NCBI GenBank assembly: GCA_051530055.1
Contig: CM121343.1
Location: 7,628,044 to 7,692,043, forward strand
Direction of reading: 5' to 3'
From: Neoechinorhynchus agilis
Taxonomy: Eukaryota > Animalia > Acanthocephala
DNA: 64,000 nt
Part shown: one piece after another, positions 40,497 to 53,397 of the stretch
How the letters are laid out: the number at the start of each line of letters is the position of its first letter
How positions within the stretch are numbered: position 1 is the first letter of the stretch
Program-made: the position numbers and the translations under genes
The notes under the pieces: generated by a model
Told to the model about the DNA's origin: nothing
The model's database searches: none
What the model saw: the letters and a program-made list of their open reading frames with translations, nothing else

Positions 40497-41089
40497 ACTA
40501 AAATTGTTACATGGATACTCGTAATATTAGCTGCTTTAAGTTATTTGATCGGGATTTTAAGAAGGGTCGCTAGAAAAAGAGAAATAATATAAAAGAAATC
40601 GTCAATCAAAGATCGTCCATATAGGAAATATTTTACTTTTATATAAACGTAACTTAATTTATTTTATAAGTAATTAGGAAACGCTTTCTGCTTGATTTGG
40701 GAGGGAATGTCAGTAAAAATTGACAATATTTTAAACAAAAACTTTTCATATCGAGCATCATTTTCAAACCTTTTTCCCAAGGCGGTATATAACGATTTCG
40801 ATCCAAGGCTTGATACCATATCAAGTGTACAAAGATTTCTATTATGATTTAGACTATTGACTTTGCAAACAATTGAACCATGCGAGAGCAGTCAGTGCAT
40901 TGGTGTCTTTATTTAGCGTCAATAACTTATTGAATCATCAGTAACCTTCTATAAATCTCATTTTGGTTATCGCGCTATAATCTGCAATTTTAACTGTGTG
41001 TGATTCACTGGTAATTATCAAATATACGCGGAGTCGACGAATACCGAACTGTGCGATTTTTTTACAAATAGGAAAGTCTGCAATAACAT

Positions 41090-42850
41090 TCAATACAGAA
41101 TAATTCGATCAAATCTTTGAGATTTCTCTTTCTCGAATTTGACAAAGTCTTCGCTGAGATCGCTGATGCTGTATTTGCGCTCATTCGTTATGTTATTCAC
41201 ACTGATACTCTTTTGTCTCCAAATGAAGTAAGTCATTCTCTTCGGTTCTCCCATTTCGATTGATGCTATTTCATTCTCCCTGTTTGTCCTGCCACATTGC
41301 AATGATTGATTTACTTTCGATCCAAGTGTCAACTGCTTCGCTGGGCACCGTGGATTGGTGGATTTCGTTCCGCCGATTGGTGTGCCATATAAACGAGCTG
41401 CTATCCCCGATGTGGCGAGACATCGTAGCTCAAAATAGTATTTGGCATATACACTGCTTCGGACATTGATGTTGAAATGCACAAGAATCAAATATTGTCG
41501 TTCGAGCTCATTCCTGTTCAAAGGGACTGGCAAATACTTGAGTAAACACCATAAAGACTCACATTTCTTCAACAGTCAGATCTTTGATGACTAAGCAGAA
41601 ATCGACGTTCCACACAGCTTGATCATCCCACACTTTAGATGCCAATATAATCGCACCTTCAAGTAAGTCTCACTGATGTGGTGCTAAACCGACAGATCTC
41701 ACCTAGTAACATTCTTTTCCACGTGTATTGATCGATTGTTGATTGGGAATAATTAAGAACCCTTTCGAGATAAATCTGCGAAATTAAACTACTAGGCACA
41801 GCATTTGAATTGCTGCAAAACATACCAATGCCACTATAACGCATTCAGTCGACAGGCGGGTATAGTAGAAAATTGCCCGGACGAAGTTATATATGGTTTT
41901 TAGGTCTGTCGATTGACTCCGTTTTCTATTGTGTGTATCCTATTAAAAAATAAAAGTTTTCATCACCAACGTAATTCCCGGACCTTAAAAACGTTCCCTA
42001 GAATGCGATTTTGTCTTTTCATCAAAGGATCATTTACCAGCAAGTAGACTGCCAATGAAACACATTTCAACATTGTTTTGCTGTTCGGATTAGATAGTGT
42101 ATTTGCAGTGTCGTGAACGTTCAATGAACTGCTGTACGGCTTCCTCGCATCATAGTAAGATTTGTCCTTACGAAGCAACCGTCGTTGATGAGATCTCTTA
42201 CATTGATTATAATGGTCATCAACGTAACTTCGATTCCTGGACGACGATTTCAGGGAGTCTATATTTAAAGTATTGAGAAATTTAAGAGTACAAGTTCAAC
42301 TAGTGGACAAAAGCTTACAATTGAAAAGTACTCGACTGAAGAGTGGATCGAGTGAAGGATCATCACTGGGAGATGTGCTTGCGTCTTCATCAGAATATAT
42401 TTCAGATACATGAAGGTAGTTGCTGGTTGTTTTTGATTGTCGTGGGCTTGTCTTGGAAGCTGATTTTTCTTTGCGTAGTTGGACAGGTTGTACGGTTATT
42501 CTTAAGAGATAGAGATCGAAAATTTTATACCGCGATTCGATAGCAAATCATGTGATCTAATTATTTCATTTTGACACAATCGAATTTTTCAACACTTGTT
42601 TGTAAGCTACAATCATAGTGGATAAAGTTACTTACTCTTCGTCCTTAGATTTATGTCTGAAGCATGTTCGGAATATTTTTGCCATCTTCATATTTAAACT
42701 ACTATTTCGTTCTAACACCAACGAATTGATAGGCTTCTCACAATTGCAATTCAAGTCTTCTTCTTTTTTATGTGTGATTGTGTTTCGTAAAGTAAATGTG
42801 GGCGTGGTGTCTCTATTAAGCACGGTACACGACTCAGTCAAATTTAGTCT
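41090..42850 (-). CDS. CCNY: Cyclin Y-like, multi-exon; N-terminus not resolved
   Basis: [77 protein letters not shown]; six GT-AG introns. Confidence 0.9.
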
Positions 42851-44254
42851 TTTCTCGCTTTCTTTGAAATGTTTGAGAATCGTTGGAATTCATCATTCGC
42901 TGTAATATCTGAAAGTTCCAGTTTTTTACGATCGATACGTCTTCCTCTACAAATTCGCCTGTCAACAAAGATGGTTGTGAATTCGACTGTCTGATGCACG
43001 GTCTCTAGAATCGTCTAATGTTAAAAACTACTTCTCATTTTCATATATGTATATACGGTAAAAACTCAACCGGATTTTGAATCTCTGTTACTTTGTCATA
43101 TATTGACGGTGGTGATGATAATTACAGCCTTTTCGTTGATGGCCTTCTTGTGGCATTTTACGCCTCCATGCGACTGCGCTCGTATGTGTGCTGCTGCTGC
43201 TGCCGTCTTGGCAATGTTAGAGATGGCGACGTTCGGAGGAAGCAAACCCTTTTTGTTCCTCGGTGTTACAACTAACAATGAGATGACGTTTAGTCTAGAC
43301 TTGTGGCTCTCAAAACTAGTCTCAAATGCAAAATTGAGCTCATTTACGACCAAATTTCGATTTTGTTGCATCCACCAACCAATCCTTTTATCTTCGCTCG
43401 ATTTATCAGTCAGGTAACCGTCTTGAACTTCAATAAACACAATCTCATGGACACATTTCATGGTCTGATGTAGCAAAAAGTCAACAAACCTATACTTCTT
43501 TGAGTTTGTTGTGCAATAATGAAGGATCAATCCTTAGACGAAAATTCAAGCTCTATGACAGTACAAAAATTATTTCGGAAGCATCTTTAATCAAAGAAAA
43601 GAGCCACAAACCAAAACTATTAAAAACTATAATTAATACTTCGCTATAAACAAACGGCATTGAAAATGTATCTCGCACTTCTGTAACCTATGGAAATCTT
43701 TGCTTTGAAAAATCCCGGGCAACAGCAAATAGGATTCGACATGTCTTATTAATCAAATTAAAATATCTCAAGTCAAAGATTTGCAGTTATGGGAACTGTC
43801 AACACCATCGAGACCGCTAAAATTTTGTTTTGTCAGACTCGTTAATTTTTTCGCGAACCATTTAAGAGTAAGTCGTCGCATTTAAATGTAGGATCTGCCA
43901 TCAGCGCTAAGAAACAACAAAGAATTGTATTACCATGGCACATTCCTGAAGCCAAGTAATCGTATAGTGAGATTCTTGCTTGGCACTTTAAAACATTGAT
44001 AGTCAGAATTTCAATATTTTACTTGGTGATATAGAGATTAGTTTATTGATTACACAATATTTCGTTCGTATCGTCACAATTTTTCAGATCTAAAAGGTAG
44101 ATCTTGAAACGTCCGACGAGACGGACGAAATATTGTGTGAAAGGGAATAATCCATGAACAACTTCCTAACGTCAAAATGGTAATGTCGGTACTCGTCCTC
44201 GTCATGAGCATTGGTTTTTATTAGTCTAACGATCACCCACACCCAACAACACCG

Positions 44255-44520
44255 CTGCACGTTTTTAGGGCCCAGTGGCCGTGTGGTGTGCGCGTTCATA
44301 ATGCGCTTGGTATTTCGCTGGTTCAACACCACCGGTCGCTGGGTTCCACGGGTGTTGTGCGAGGCTGCTGGAAGGGTTGGGGTCAGGTTTGAGATCGCCA
44401 ATCGGCCCCAAAGGGGGTTGGCCCTGTTCCTTCGAGTGCGGCTGAGCGCTTCCATTGTGTGCAAGTTAGCCGAAAGGCTCTCAAAAAGGAATATAGCCGA
44501 AGCTATCAAAGAAGATGTCG
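44255..44520. repeat. Dispersed approx. 260-bp repeat, copy 1
   Basis: Colinear with 48255-48500 (CCGAGTGGTGTGCGCGTTCA...GTTAGCC). Confidence 0.8.
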
Positions 44521-44759
44521 CAAGACCAATGAATGTATGTGAGTGACGACGTCACTCATGCGATCGATGATTACTACAACTTCTCCCCCACTAATCTTCC
44601 GAGAGATTGGACTGGTCTCCTTCGTACACGATAGCTTCTTCTGCGAGGCTCTACGGGCACCTGATGAGGATCAACTGTATCTAAGTGTTCTTCAACATTT
44701 AGTAGCTCTTCTTTATCTTCCACGGTTGTCTATTCTTCACAAATCTCCTGCTTATTAGT

Positions 44760-45412
44760 AAACCGTTCTCCTAAGCAGGTAGTTGTGAAGAATTGGTTAA
44801 GATCAAATGTGGAGGAATAACAGAGATCGACGTCGCAATCATTATATATGAAGTCTTGAAAGCTCTTCAATACCTACACCAGCAATATTACATCCATCGG
44901 TTTGTGTGTACTTTTGAACCCGTTCTTGTGCTACAAAACATCTTCATGTCCAGTGCCGTCACAAGTGCTAATGTACTCATTCAACCATCCGACGGCTCCA
45001 AACGCCACCACCGAGTACTCCTCGATGGTCTGGAACATGCCATTAGTCAAGTGAAAGCGGATCGAGTACTGCCCGTCATATTCGACTTCAGCGAATCTCT
45101 TGCGCCTACACTCGCCTACGCTAGTCCGGAACTAATATCTCAGAGCGTCGGATACTGCACACAGACGGACATCTACAGTCTTGGCGTTCTCGCTTGTGAA
45201 CTTTCAAATGGCGTGAATCCGTTCGATAAAATGGACCTGACTCAAATGCTCCTTCAAAAGATGTGCGGTCATTCTCCGATGCTCTGGGACAAATCGTGCT
45301 TATCAAAAAGTAACAATTTGAGGCCGACTCAAATGCTCCTTCAAAAGATGTGCGGTCATTCTCCGATGCTCTGGGACAAATCGTGCTTATCAAAAAGTAA
45401 CAATTTGAGGCC
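44760..45412 (+). pseudogene. Partial intron-containing duplicate of the STRAD gene plus an 87-bp tandem duplication
   Basis: 44760-45325 reads identical to 54187-54752; 45326-45412 repeats the last 87 bp. Confidence 0.92.
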
Positions 45413-46900
45413 CTCCACGTCCTATCTCTTCCTTATCACATCCCCAAGCATTCGAATCTGTCTATCCGCTATGCCGGGCCCGAAGCTACCAATATCGTTA
45501 CCCTCCTTCCATTTCTCCTCTCTTGGCGAACGGATCGACGAATTTTTATCGTGATAATCCTTTTGCTTTCGCATTTTCGATCTGATCGTTCGCTCTAATG
45601 ATGCTTAGAAATTGTCTAATTTCGTCGTGATGCTTCTTCCCATCATTAATATTCTAATGGACAACGATTCGTAGTAACTTGTGGAGTGTTCCGGTAACTC
45701 AACATAAATCTTTGTTGTGCTTTTGATCGATCCGTGCTCGGGATTAAGAGGGCTCTTATTTTCAGAGTGTAAATAAAACGTTTCGCGAGCCTATTGGTCT
45801 TCGGATGGTATGGCGAGCTCCTCACATGCTCTATACCATTATTTTGACAGAACTTCTTGAACTAAGATGAAATAAACTATGGGCTGTTGTCGGTGACTAT
45901 TTTCTCCGGAACATCCCATCGTGCGAAAGCCTGCCGCCGTAAACATGCGATCGTCGTGGAAGCGTTGAAACCCGAACTCGATGACCAAACCTCCGGATAT
46001 TTGGAATATGCGCCTACGGCCACCAGATACATTTTATTCTAAACTGGACCGGCCAATTCGACATGGATGCGTTTCCAGGGTCCAGAAGGCAAGTCCCAAC
46101 TAATCAAAGGCACCTCCTGAATCTTGGGTCGTAATGCTTGACATTTCCCACACGTCTTAACCTCGTGCCTACCAGCAATCAGAAAGATCGGATATCATTG
46201 GCAAATGCAATATTTAACGCGCTCAAGGTTTTGTTCAAAAACAAACTCGAATAAGAGAGATCAATTTGAAAACGATCATTTCCCGTTGAATTTGACCTTT
46301 GTTCCGTGTCACCCTCGTCGCTTGAAGGATTTGATATAAAGGTTACGTTCATGTCTCTTATTGGTCTCGTCGATATACCACGACGTCTTCTCAAATTCAT
46401 CAAAATAACCTTTCTCTCAAAATCTTCGGTATTAGAATTAATAACATTATGGTCTTCTAACCGAGTCACCAAATTTATCCACGAACATTTGGACTTGCTC
46501 CATCGAGCGAAACTCAGGTTTGATGGCGGAGAGCACAATGGCATTTAGGACCACAACAAAGCAGGTACTATCGTTCATGAGCAATTCCTTGGAAAATTAT
46601 GGGAAATTGAGTATATTGGCGTGAAGGAACCTTGTCTCTGGGTGATCCTTTGTCATCGTAGTTATCTTCGATAAAATCATATCATTTATTGACGGATACT
46701 GATTGGTCCAAAAGAAACACATGAACCGGCTGTCTTCTCAACAGTGTTCGAAAAAATCATCCTCTCGCTCAACATAACTCTCCAAGTCCTTGTTGTGGTC
46801 AGTCGTCTCTTTAACTGTCATTTAATCTTTGTCGGCGAATGTTACCGAGCGCGTTATAATTCGTGCTATTGAGAAGTACATTTGTTCGATCAATCTCCCT
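45413..46900 (-). mobile_element. Ty3/gypsy pol remnant (integrase and upstream)
   Basis: WDLPSGPWKRIHVELAGP, YSKYPEV, EKIVTDNSP, GIEHVRSSPYHPKTN, LSYRNTP. Confidence 0.85.
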
Positions 46901-47149
46901 TTGTACAAGCTCCCTAACCGCTTCTTCCATTGGATCACTCGTTGCCAGTCAATTTTTTTCTCTCTTAGCAAATGCGCCATGCACATACGAAAGCAAAATC
47001 TTCGGAAGAAATCTCACTGGAAATAACCGATGACGTCACTTAAAATATTTTCTTGTGCTTCGTCCAATCGGTTGTAATTGTGTCCTTGTCAAACGCACCT
47101 TTGGATCTTCGAGTCATTTTACCCTTTGAATGGAATCCATTTATAGGAA

Positions 47150-47425
47150 CTATTGGAGAGGAAGGTACGAAAATATAGGGATTCAGCAAGGGCCCACTAT
47201 TTTGTCCCCTTCGGAGTAGAGACGTATGGAGTGCTTGGCAGCTCGGCACTCTACTCCAGGATCTCTCGAAGAAATTGAGGGAAACGACCGGCGATGCACG
47301 AGCAGGACAAAATATCTCGCTCGCAGTACAACGAGGCAATATTGTTAGCGTGATAGCTTCAGTCGAGGATGGAGAGAAACTCCAATTTTGCGGACGGCGG
47401 TGATTGCACGTTTTGTACTTTAACA
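47150..47425 (+). mobile_element. CRE-like element 3' terminal fragment
   Basis: Matches the reverse complement of 14400-14690, including the 3' UTR TGATTGCACGTTTTGTACTTTA. Confidence 0.9.
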
Positions 47426-48254
47426 GATAAAATTTAATAATTTGCGATAAAGGTGACGGATCACTTTAATCTCCATATCTAAACAAAGTACCATGAAATG
47501 ACAAGCTATTCTTAAAAGATATAGAAAAGACTGAACGAACGGGTAGGTTTGGTGGACATATTGGTCGTGCCAATGACTCTAATATCAAACGGTTTGCTCA
47601 ATTAGGCGAGTTAAATCAAGATTTTCTGTTTACCGTTAGATAGAGACTTCCACTGTTCCATTACGCAGATCTCAAGTTGGTGCCAAAGACTTCCTGCAAA
47701 CAACTCCATCAACCCAGTCGTTCCTGTCGATTTCCCTACGATGAAAGTACACTTAATACCGATGAGTGATTCAGTCGCAACTACTTAAATCCTATAAACA
47801 TCATTGCGATTGCCTAGAATCGAGTTCACAATAAGACCGGAACAATGACTGCAGCAGGATGAAAACTATCTAACGGTAATGTAAAGACGGATCGTGTCTG
47901 ATTTCTCATCTTCCCTTTTGTCTTCAGGAATGTCGATTTCAAGGATAAGCTTCTGTCTGTGTCGCTCTCTCGGCCAGGTTGATGATATCATTTTAATTTC
48001 ATACAAAATCCAAGAAATTTAAGCGGTCTGGGACCTCATTTAACGGATCCCAGCATCTTACTTTTGACTTAATAAAGAAGATGGTCAAGGACTCAAACTG
48101 GAGAAATTCCTTTTTCCCAAAGTAAAGAACATAGATAAAAATATTGCATCTTAACTTTAATCAATTTTATTGCCGGTCTTAGCGAATTTTTGCCCTTTGA
48201 GTTACTAAAAAAACAAGGCAAATGAGTATTTACACTCAGTGGTTTAGTTAATCG

Positions 48255-48500
48255 TAGATTTAAAGCCGAGTGGTGTGCGCGTTCAAAATGCGCTCGATTG
48301 GTCGCTGGTTCAAGTCCACTGGTCGCTGGGTTCCACGGGTGTTGTGCGAGGCTGCTGGAAGGGTTGGGGTCAGGTTTGAGATCGCCCATCGGCCCCAAAA
48401 GAGGGTTGATCCTGTCCCTTGAATGGGGTTGAGCGCCTCCGATGTGTGTGAGTTAGCCAAGAGGCTCCCAAAAGATAAGTAGCCGAAAGGCTCCCAAAGA
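48255..48500. repeat. Dispersed approx. 260-bp repeat, copy 2
   Basis: Colinear with 44255-44520. Confidence 0.8.
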
Positions 48501-49249
48501 CATGCCGTGAGGCCCTGAGTGTATGCGATTTCTAACGTCGTAAACACTTGCAAACTACCTTGATAAAGGCGTACAAGATTGTGCCGGAATATCGAATTTT
48601 AAAAAATAAAATCATTTTATTTCTACGCCAGAAAACAACCCAAATAAAAAATCGTAGATTTAATGGTTTCAATGCATTGTTTTTGTTTTACATTTATATC
48701 TGCTGGCGTTTATTGAAACCCTGTCCTTCCATATTAAACACGGTCTCGCCATAAATCGGCATATCCAATCGTGGCTGAGTCACACCAATTCTCAAGTCTC
48801 GTTCTTCACACTGCAATAATTTTTGACTCATTCTTGGACTTCTCTCTTTGGAATAATGTATCCTCTGGGATCGAAAATGTTATCGATTTATCCTTACTTT
48901 ATCGTCCATGACCACCAAAGCAACTTCATTTCCACTTCAATGTACCTAAATCCAAAATCCCCTTCCCCATCGTAATAATAACATGTTTATTTGTTAATTA
49001 ACAAAGAAAAGGACCCATGTATCTTTGGGTCCTCATAAACACTCGAATCCGCAGGAGGGGTCCTCATGAAAACTCGAATTTGCAGGAGATTGATTTCGGT
49101 ACTTTTTTAAGATTCGTGCAGAGACTATAAGATTTTTTCTTAGGTAAGTTGACTATGTTTGGTAAAATTGTTTTTGGTCTGTTAGTTGGTTTTAGTTTAT
49201 GAAGCCTTCTCCCAAAACTGGATGAGGTATCACTCATTTCACCTACTTC

Positions 49250-51200
49250 GAAAGCCGACGTAATCATCCTAACAGAAACATCGCTTACTTCCGTCAATTG
49301 CAATTCAGCCATCTTTTCCGGGTACTCTTCCATACGTACCGTGAGGACCGTCCAGGATGGGAGAATCTCAATCTACGTATGGCAATCACTAACATGCTCT
49401 TCATCTCTCATAGATTCTATGTAAAAACCCAATCCAGAATTCATCGCCGTCCATTTCTCAGCTCCTCTAAGAAATAGTCTTAAAGAATTCACAATTGCTG
49501 GCGTCTACCGCCCTTCTGCCTCTCGTCCTGAGCACTCTTTACGTCAATTTGACTCATATTAAAACTCATTCAAAATAAAACATCTAAAGTCCATCGCAAT
49601 AACTCTCCAGACTCTCCCTGTTTACAAAAAGAACTTACTAACAAAATACTTATCGCCAGCAAACACTTCCTTTCCTCTAAAATTCGATCAGGTGGCAACT
49701 CAACATGGTGGCGGGCCGTCAAGGACTCTCTTGGCCTATGCCACCCGGATCCTTTCCTTAATTTGTTCTCCACTGAATTAAAACAGGTTCTAGATTCCTT
49801 TAATCAGAACCACTGCCCTGAGTCAATTTACAATCACTTCTCATCTTTCATGCCCACACTTGAAACTTTTGTCAACTCTTCAATACTCCCCTTAGTTTCG
49901 TCATATGAAGTCCTACAACATCTCATAAAATTACCTAAAAATTTGTCTCTGAATCCGAAATTCCAAACTGGGTTCCTCTTACCCTCATTGTAAATTGCAG
50001 CTTTTTACAAGGCATCAATCCTTCATGCCTGAAAACTGCTAAAATGATTCCTCTTACGAAAAATGGACATCTGATTTTCCTCGAATCATTCCGTCCAATA
50101 TCCATTCTGCCCGCTCTTTCAGAAATTATCGAAAAATGGTTTAAAACTCGCCTTCCTCCACTTCAACAAATTATCGCCCCTACAATTCGGCTTCGGACGT
50201 AAATTTTCGGCAATCGATGTCCTGCTTTGCATTTGTGACACGCTCCTGTGCAACCAGGACAATAATCCCTCCCACGTCACACGTGTCCTTCAACTGGACT
50301 TATCTAAAGTTTTGGACCCAGTTGACCATTCATTCCTTCTCCGGGCCTGCTCCAATTTTGGTCTCAACTTGTGCCAGATCCGCTGGCTCAAATCTTATCT
50401 TCACAATCGCAAACAATAAATTCACTGCCGTTCTACCTTTTATATCAGCCTATCCCTCACCGAAGGCGTACCTCAAGGTGCTGTGCTGTCACCACTTCTC
50501 TTTAGCATTTTATAAACAACCTCAAATCTCTCTCCTCTTACTCTAAACTCTTCTTAGACGCCGACAATATCACCCTCACCAACCCACCTCTCCCTTTCTT
50601 TAACCTCTAAAGAAATCACACACAAAAGATTTCTGCAACAATCACAAACTCCACGCTTCCAAGTGACACAAACGAGTCACCTTCCTCAGAATTCTGGGTA
50701 TTACACTTTCCCCAAACGCAATACCCTTAAAATTTATCTCCTCAAACGCCTCCGCAATTTAGGGGTTCTTTCACCCGATCTATCCAAATTTTACTACAGC
50801 TTTATTTTGCCCTCCTGCACCTGCGGTTATACCGTCTTTTGCAACCTATCCAAATCTCAAATCCGTCGTCTTGAAATTCTTCATAAAAGAGCATCCAAAA
50901 TTTGCACAGCTGATTTCGCCCTCTCGCCGAATGCCTTGATACTATTTTCATAAAACAATCAAAACGCCTCTCAACCCTACGACCACAATTTATTCTTTTC
51001 ACACGAGCACAACACTCGTAATCCTAATTCGTTTCACCCTCCTTCGACCTCGCACCTCCATTTATCTACGCTCCTTTTTTCACGCTGCCTAATCTTCTCG
51101 GATATCAGAACCTGAAATGATTCCGAGGAAAGACCAACCTCACAAGCGCTCCTACAAACAATAACCACCAACTTACCAACCCGAACGGACCCGTCATCCG
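49250..51200 (+). mobile_element. CR1/L2-like LINE (APE plus RT), heavily degraded
   Basis: IAGVYRPS, FRPISILPALSEI, LDLSKVLDPVDH and GVPQGAVLSPLLF in broken frames; C-terminus paralogous to 37170-37400. Confidence 0.8.
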
Positions 51201-52072
51201 CTCTAAAATAGACATCCACATTTAAGAAACATCACTTTTGCAACGTGTTCAAATCACAAATTCGTAGCCTTTAAACGTTTCATAGAAGATCCTCTAAAAT
51301 TTGAACAGTTGATTTTCCCCTGCTCACCGACATACGATAACGGGTCGAATTTTTAATCCCTTTGTTTGTGGCCTGCATTTCCCAATGATCAAAATGTATT
51401 CTACTCGACATAATTTATCTAATTTCGCGAATCGCCACTAATAATAATGATCATGACAGCCATTGAACATCTACAGTACAAGACGTTCAATATTATAAAC
51501 GAATGTACAACTTTCGATGGGATGAAAGCGCTCCTATGTTAACCGACAGTAGAAAAGTGGTGCGGGATTTTCGTATTGCAGTCACCATTCGATTTGAATT
51601 TTGAGATTACTGCATGTTGAGCTTTTTAGTGCCTCTTCTCAATAAGGAACTGCTAATCAATTCGCACCCTCCCACCGTGAATATTGTCAACTTACTTTTG
51701 AGTATGCAACAGTGATAATTTTGTTCATAATCTCCAATAGGGCCTGTGCCAGAGTAGAAATTGAAACTTTACGGTAGAAGCGACTGATGAGCAATAGTCC
51801 TGCATGTTGTTTATTGCAGGGCACATTTAGGTGATTCGTATTTTTGTGAATTAAGATTAAAGTAGTGCAAAATGATCGTCCTTAGAAGCCCTGATGGATG
51901 TGCAAAGGTACGAGAGCCTAGCTTGATTCCGTCGAGTGTTCCGGTTTCTTCGTAGTTTTAGAATACAAAGTCGCCCAATGATTCATGTATCTTATCGATG
52001 ATAACGAAAAATACAAATTATTGTTAAGACATCTAACGCTCATTATACCAACGACCATTTTTGCGCGATGGA

Positions 52073-52459
52073 TTAGGAATATTTGGCGATTCCTTGGTTT
52101 AAATACAAGGCTCTGTTACCGATGATGACAAAGGACGGGCGATGTAGAGCGGCTCGTGAATCGTCGACTTGTTTGCTCCAGAAATGAACAGTATTGATGG
52201 GTTCAAAATCGGCAAAGAGTTTGTAAATCCCATAAACCGAGATAATAAAAGCGAACAGTGCAATAGCAAAGATCTTCGATGGCATGGATGTTACAAACGA
52301 CGCAAAGTCCGGGACCTGATCGAGATTATGTGAACTCCAACCTGTTGGAACGTTCTGTTGTCTTGAGATAGCGTTCCATTTCATTGCCAAGTAGGCTGCA
52401 TATGCAAGAGCAATGAGTCCAAGCATGACGCTTAATTTGTTCAATGGCTCTAAGCGCAT
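52073..52459 (-). CDS. Unassigned membrane protein (two predicted TM segments); 3' exons uncertain
   Basis: ATG at 52459 directly after CTTCAG; LSVMLGLIALAYAAYLAM and IFAIALFAFIISVYGIY hydrophobic segments. Confidence 0.55.
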   Translation of the reverse strand: MRLEPLNKLSVMLGLIALAYAAYLAMKWNAISRQQNVPTGWSSHNLDQVPDFASFVTSMPSKIFAIALFAFIISVYGIYKLFADFEPINTVHFWSKQVDDSRAALHRPSFVIIGNRALYLNQGIAKYS

Positions 52460-52511
52460 CTGAAGTAAGAAATCAATATTAAATATGGAAAAGATTTTTG
52501 CTTCTCTCGAA

Positions 52512-53165
52512 TCAATCATCACAAACAACGCCAACCTTCGTGGCCCTGATTACACGATCCTTAAGAATGTAGCCCTTTTGAACGACATCAAACACTGAAC
52601 CAGGTTCAAGGTCTCGAGATCCTTTCGGTACCTGAAAAACAGCTTCGTGCACCGACGGATCAAATGAGTCACCCGAATTCACCAAAATCTCTTCGAGACC
52701 AGTCCTTCGAAAAACGGCTTTTAGGTCGGCATTTATGGTCTCTAGACCGGTAAACAAATCCATCAACGGTTTATTACGTTCCAAGTCCTCGGATTTTACG
52801 TTCTTTATTGCTAAACCAAGATTATCCGCCACGCTCAATAGATCCTTGCATAGCGACTGTACACCGAACTGTTTAGCTTCATTTATTTGGCGGTGGAGGC
52901 GCGATCGCGTATTTTCAGCTTCGGCTAAAGCTCTTAAATACTTATCATGCCATTCACTGCGCTCCACTTCCAGCCTTTTATTTTTACTCTCCAGCTCTTC
53001 AAATCGAGCGTCTTCGGCCTTTATTTTCGCATCGTCCACATCAACCGATGACGATGTGGCGCTGTCTATAGCACCTTCATTTACTGTAGACAGCGATCGA
53101 AATACGGATCGACGCAAAACTCGACCAACAACGTTCTGACATAAATTCATTTTAGATGCGATCAT
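52512..53165 (-). CDS. GRPEL1: Mitochondrial GrpE nucleotide exchange factor, intronless
   Basis: YLRALAEAENTRSR, FGVQSLCKDLLSVADNL, FDPSVHEAVF, VQKGYILKDRVIRATKVGV. Confidence 0.95.
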   Translation of the reverse strand: MIASKMNLCQNVVGRVLRRSVFRSLSTVNEGAIDSATSSSVDVDDAKIKAEDARFEELESKNKRLEVERSEWHDKYLRALAEAENTRSRLHRQINEAKQFGVQSLCKDLLSVADNLGLAIKNVKSEDLERNKPLMDLFTGLETINADLKAVFRRTGLEEILVNSGDSFDPSVHEAVFQVPKGSRDLEPGSVFDVVQKGYILKDRVIRATKVGVVCDD

Positions 53166-53397
53166 CCCGCTTCTTTTTTGGCCAAAGGACTGGATTGACA
53201 CGGAAGAATCTGCAAAATTCAAAATGTTTACACCCCCTCGAGTCTAGTAGCGCAGTAGTCATTCGTGGGGCGCGTGTGTGCATGTACAACGAAATTGTCT
53301 TCATCGCTACTCGTCTTCTTATGTCTAGAGGAAGAGTTCGATCCTGGCATTAAGATCGACAATAGACTCTCTGGTCGATAGTTCATCATATTTTAGT

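Noticed and set aside
43093-43530. Overlapping ORFs as cyclin Y N-terminus or a separate gene
   Set aside because: Could not be joined to cyclin Y by a supported splice and no homology recognised
44660-44690. CTGATGAG hammerhead core
   Set aside because: No stem II closure or GAAA follows
14400-47425. CRE elements targeting SL RNA genes as in trypanosomatids
   Set aside because: The 3' flanks of the two copies with intact ends diverge right after the UTR, and no repeated target is visible
52460-52534. Overlap between the GrpE C-terminus and the next ORF as listed in the track
   Set aside because: The likely true start is the ATG at 52459 after CTTCAG, so no overlap is needed
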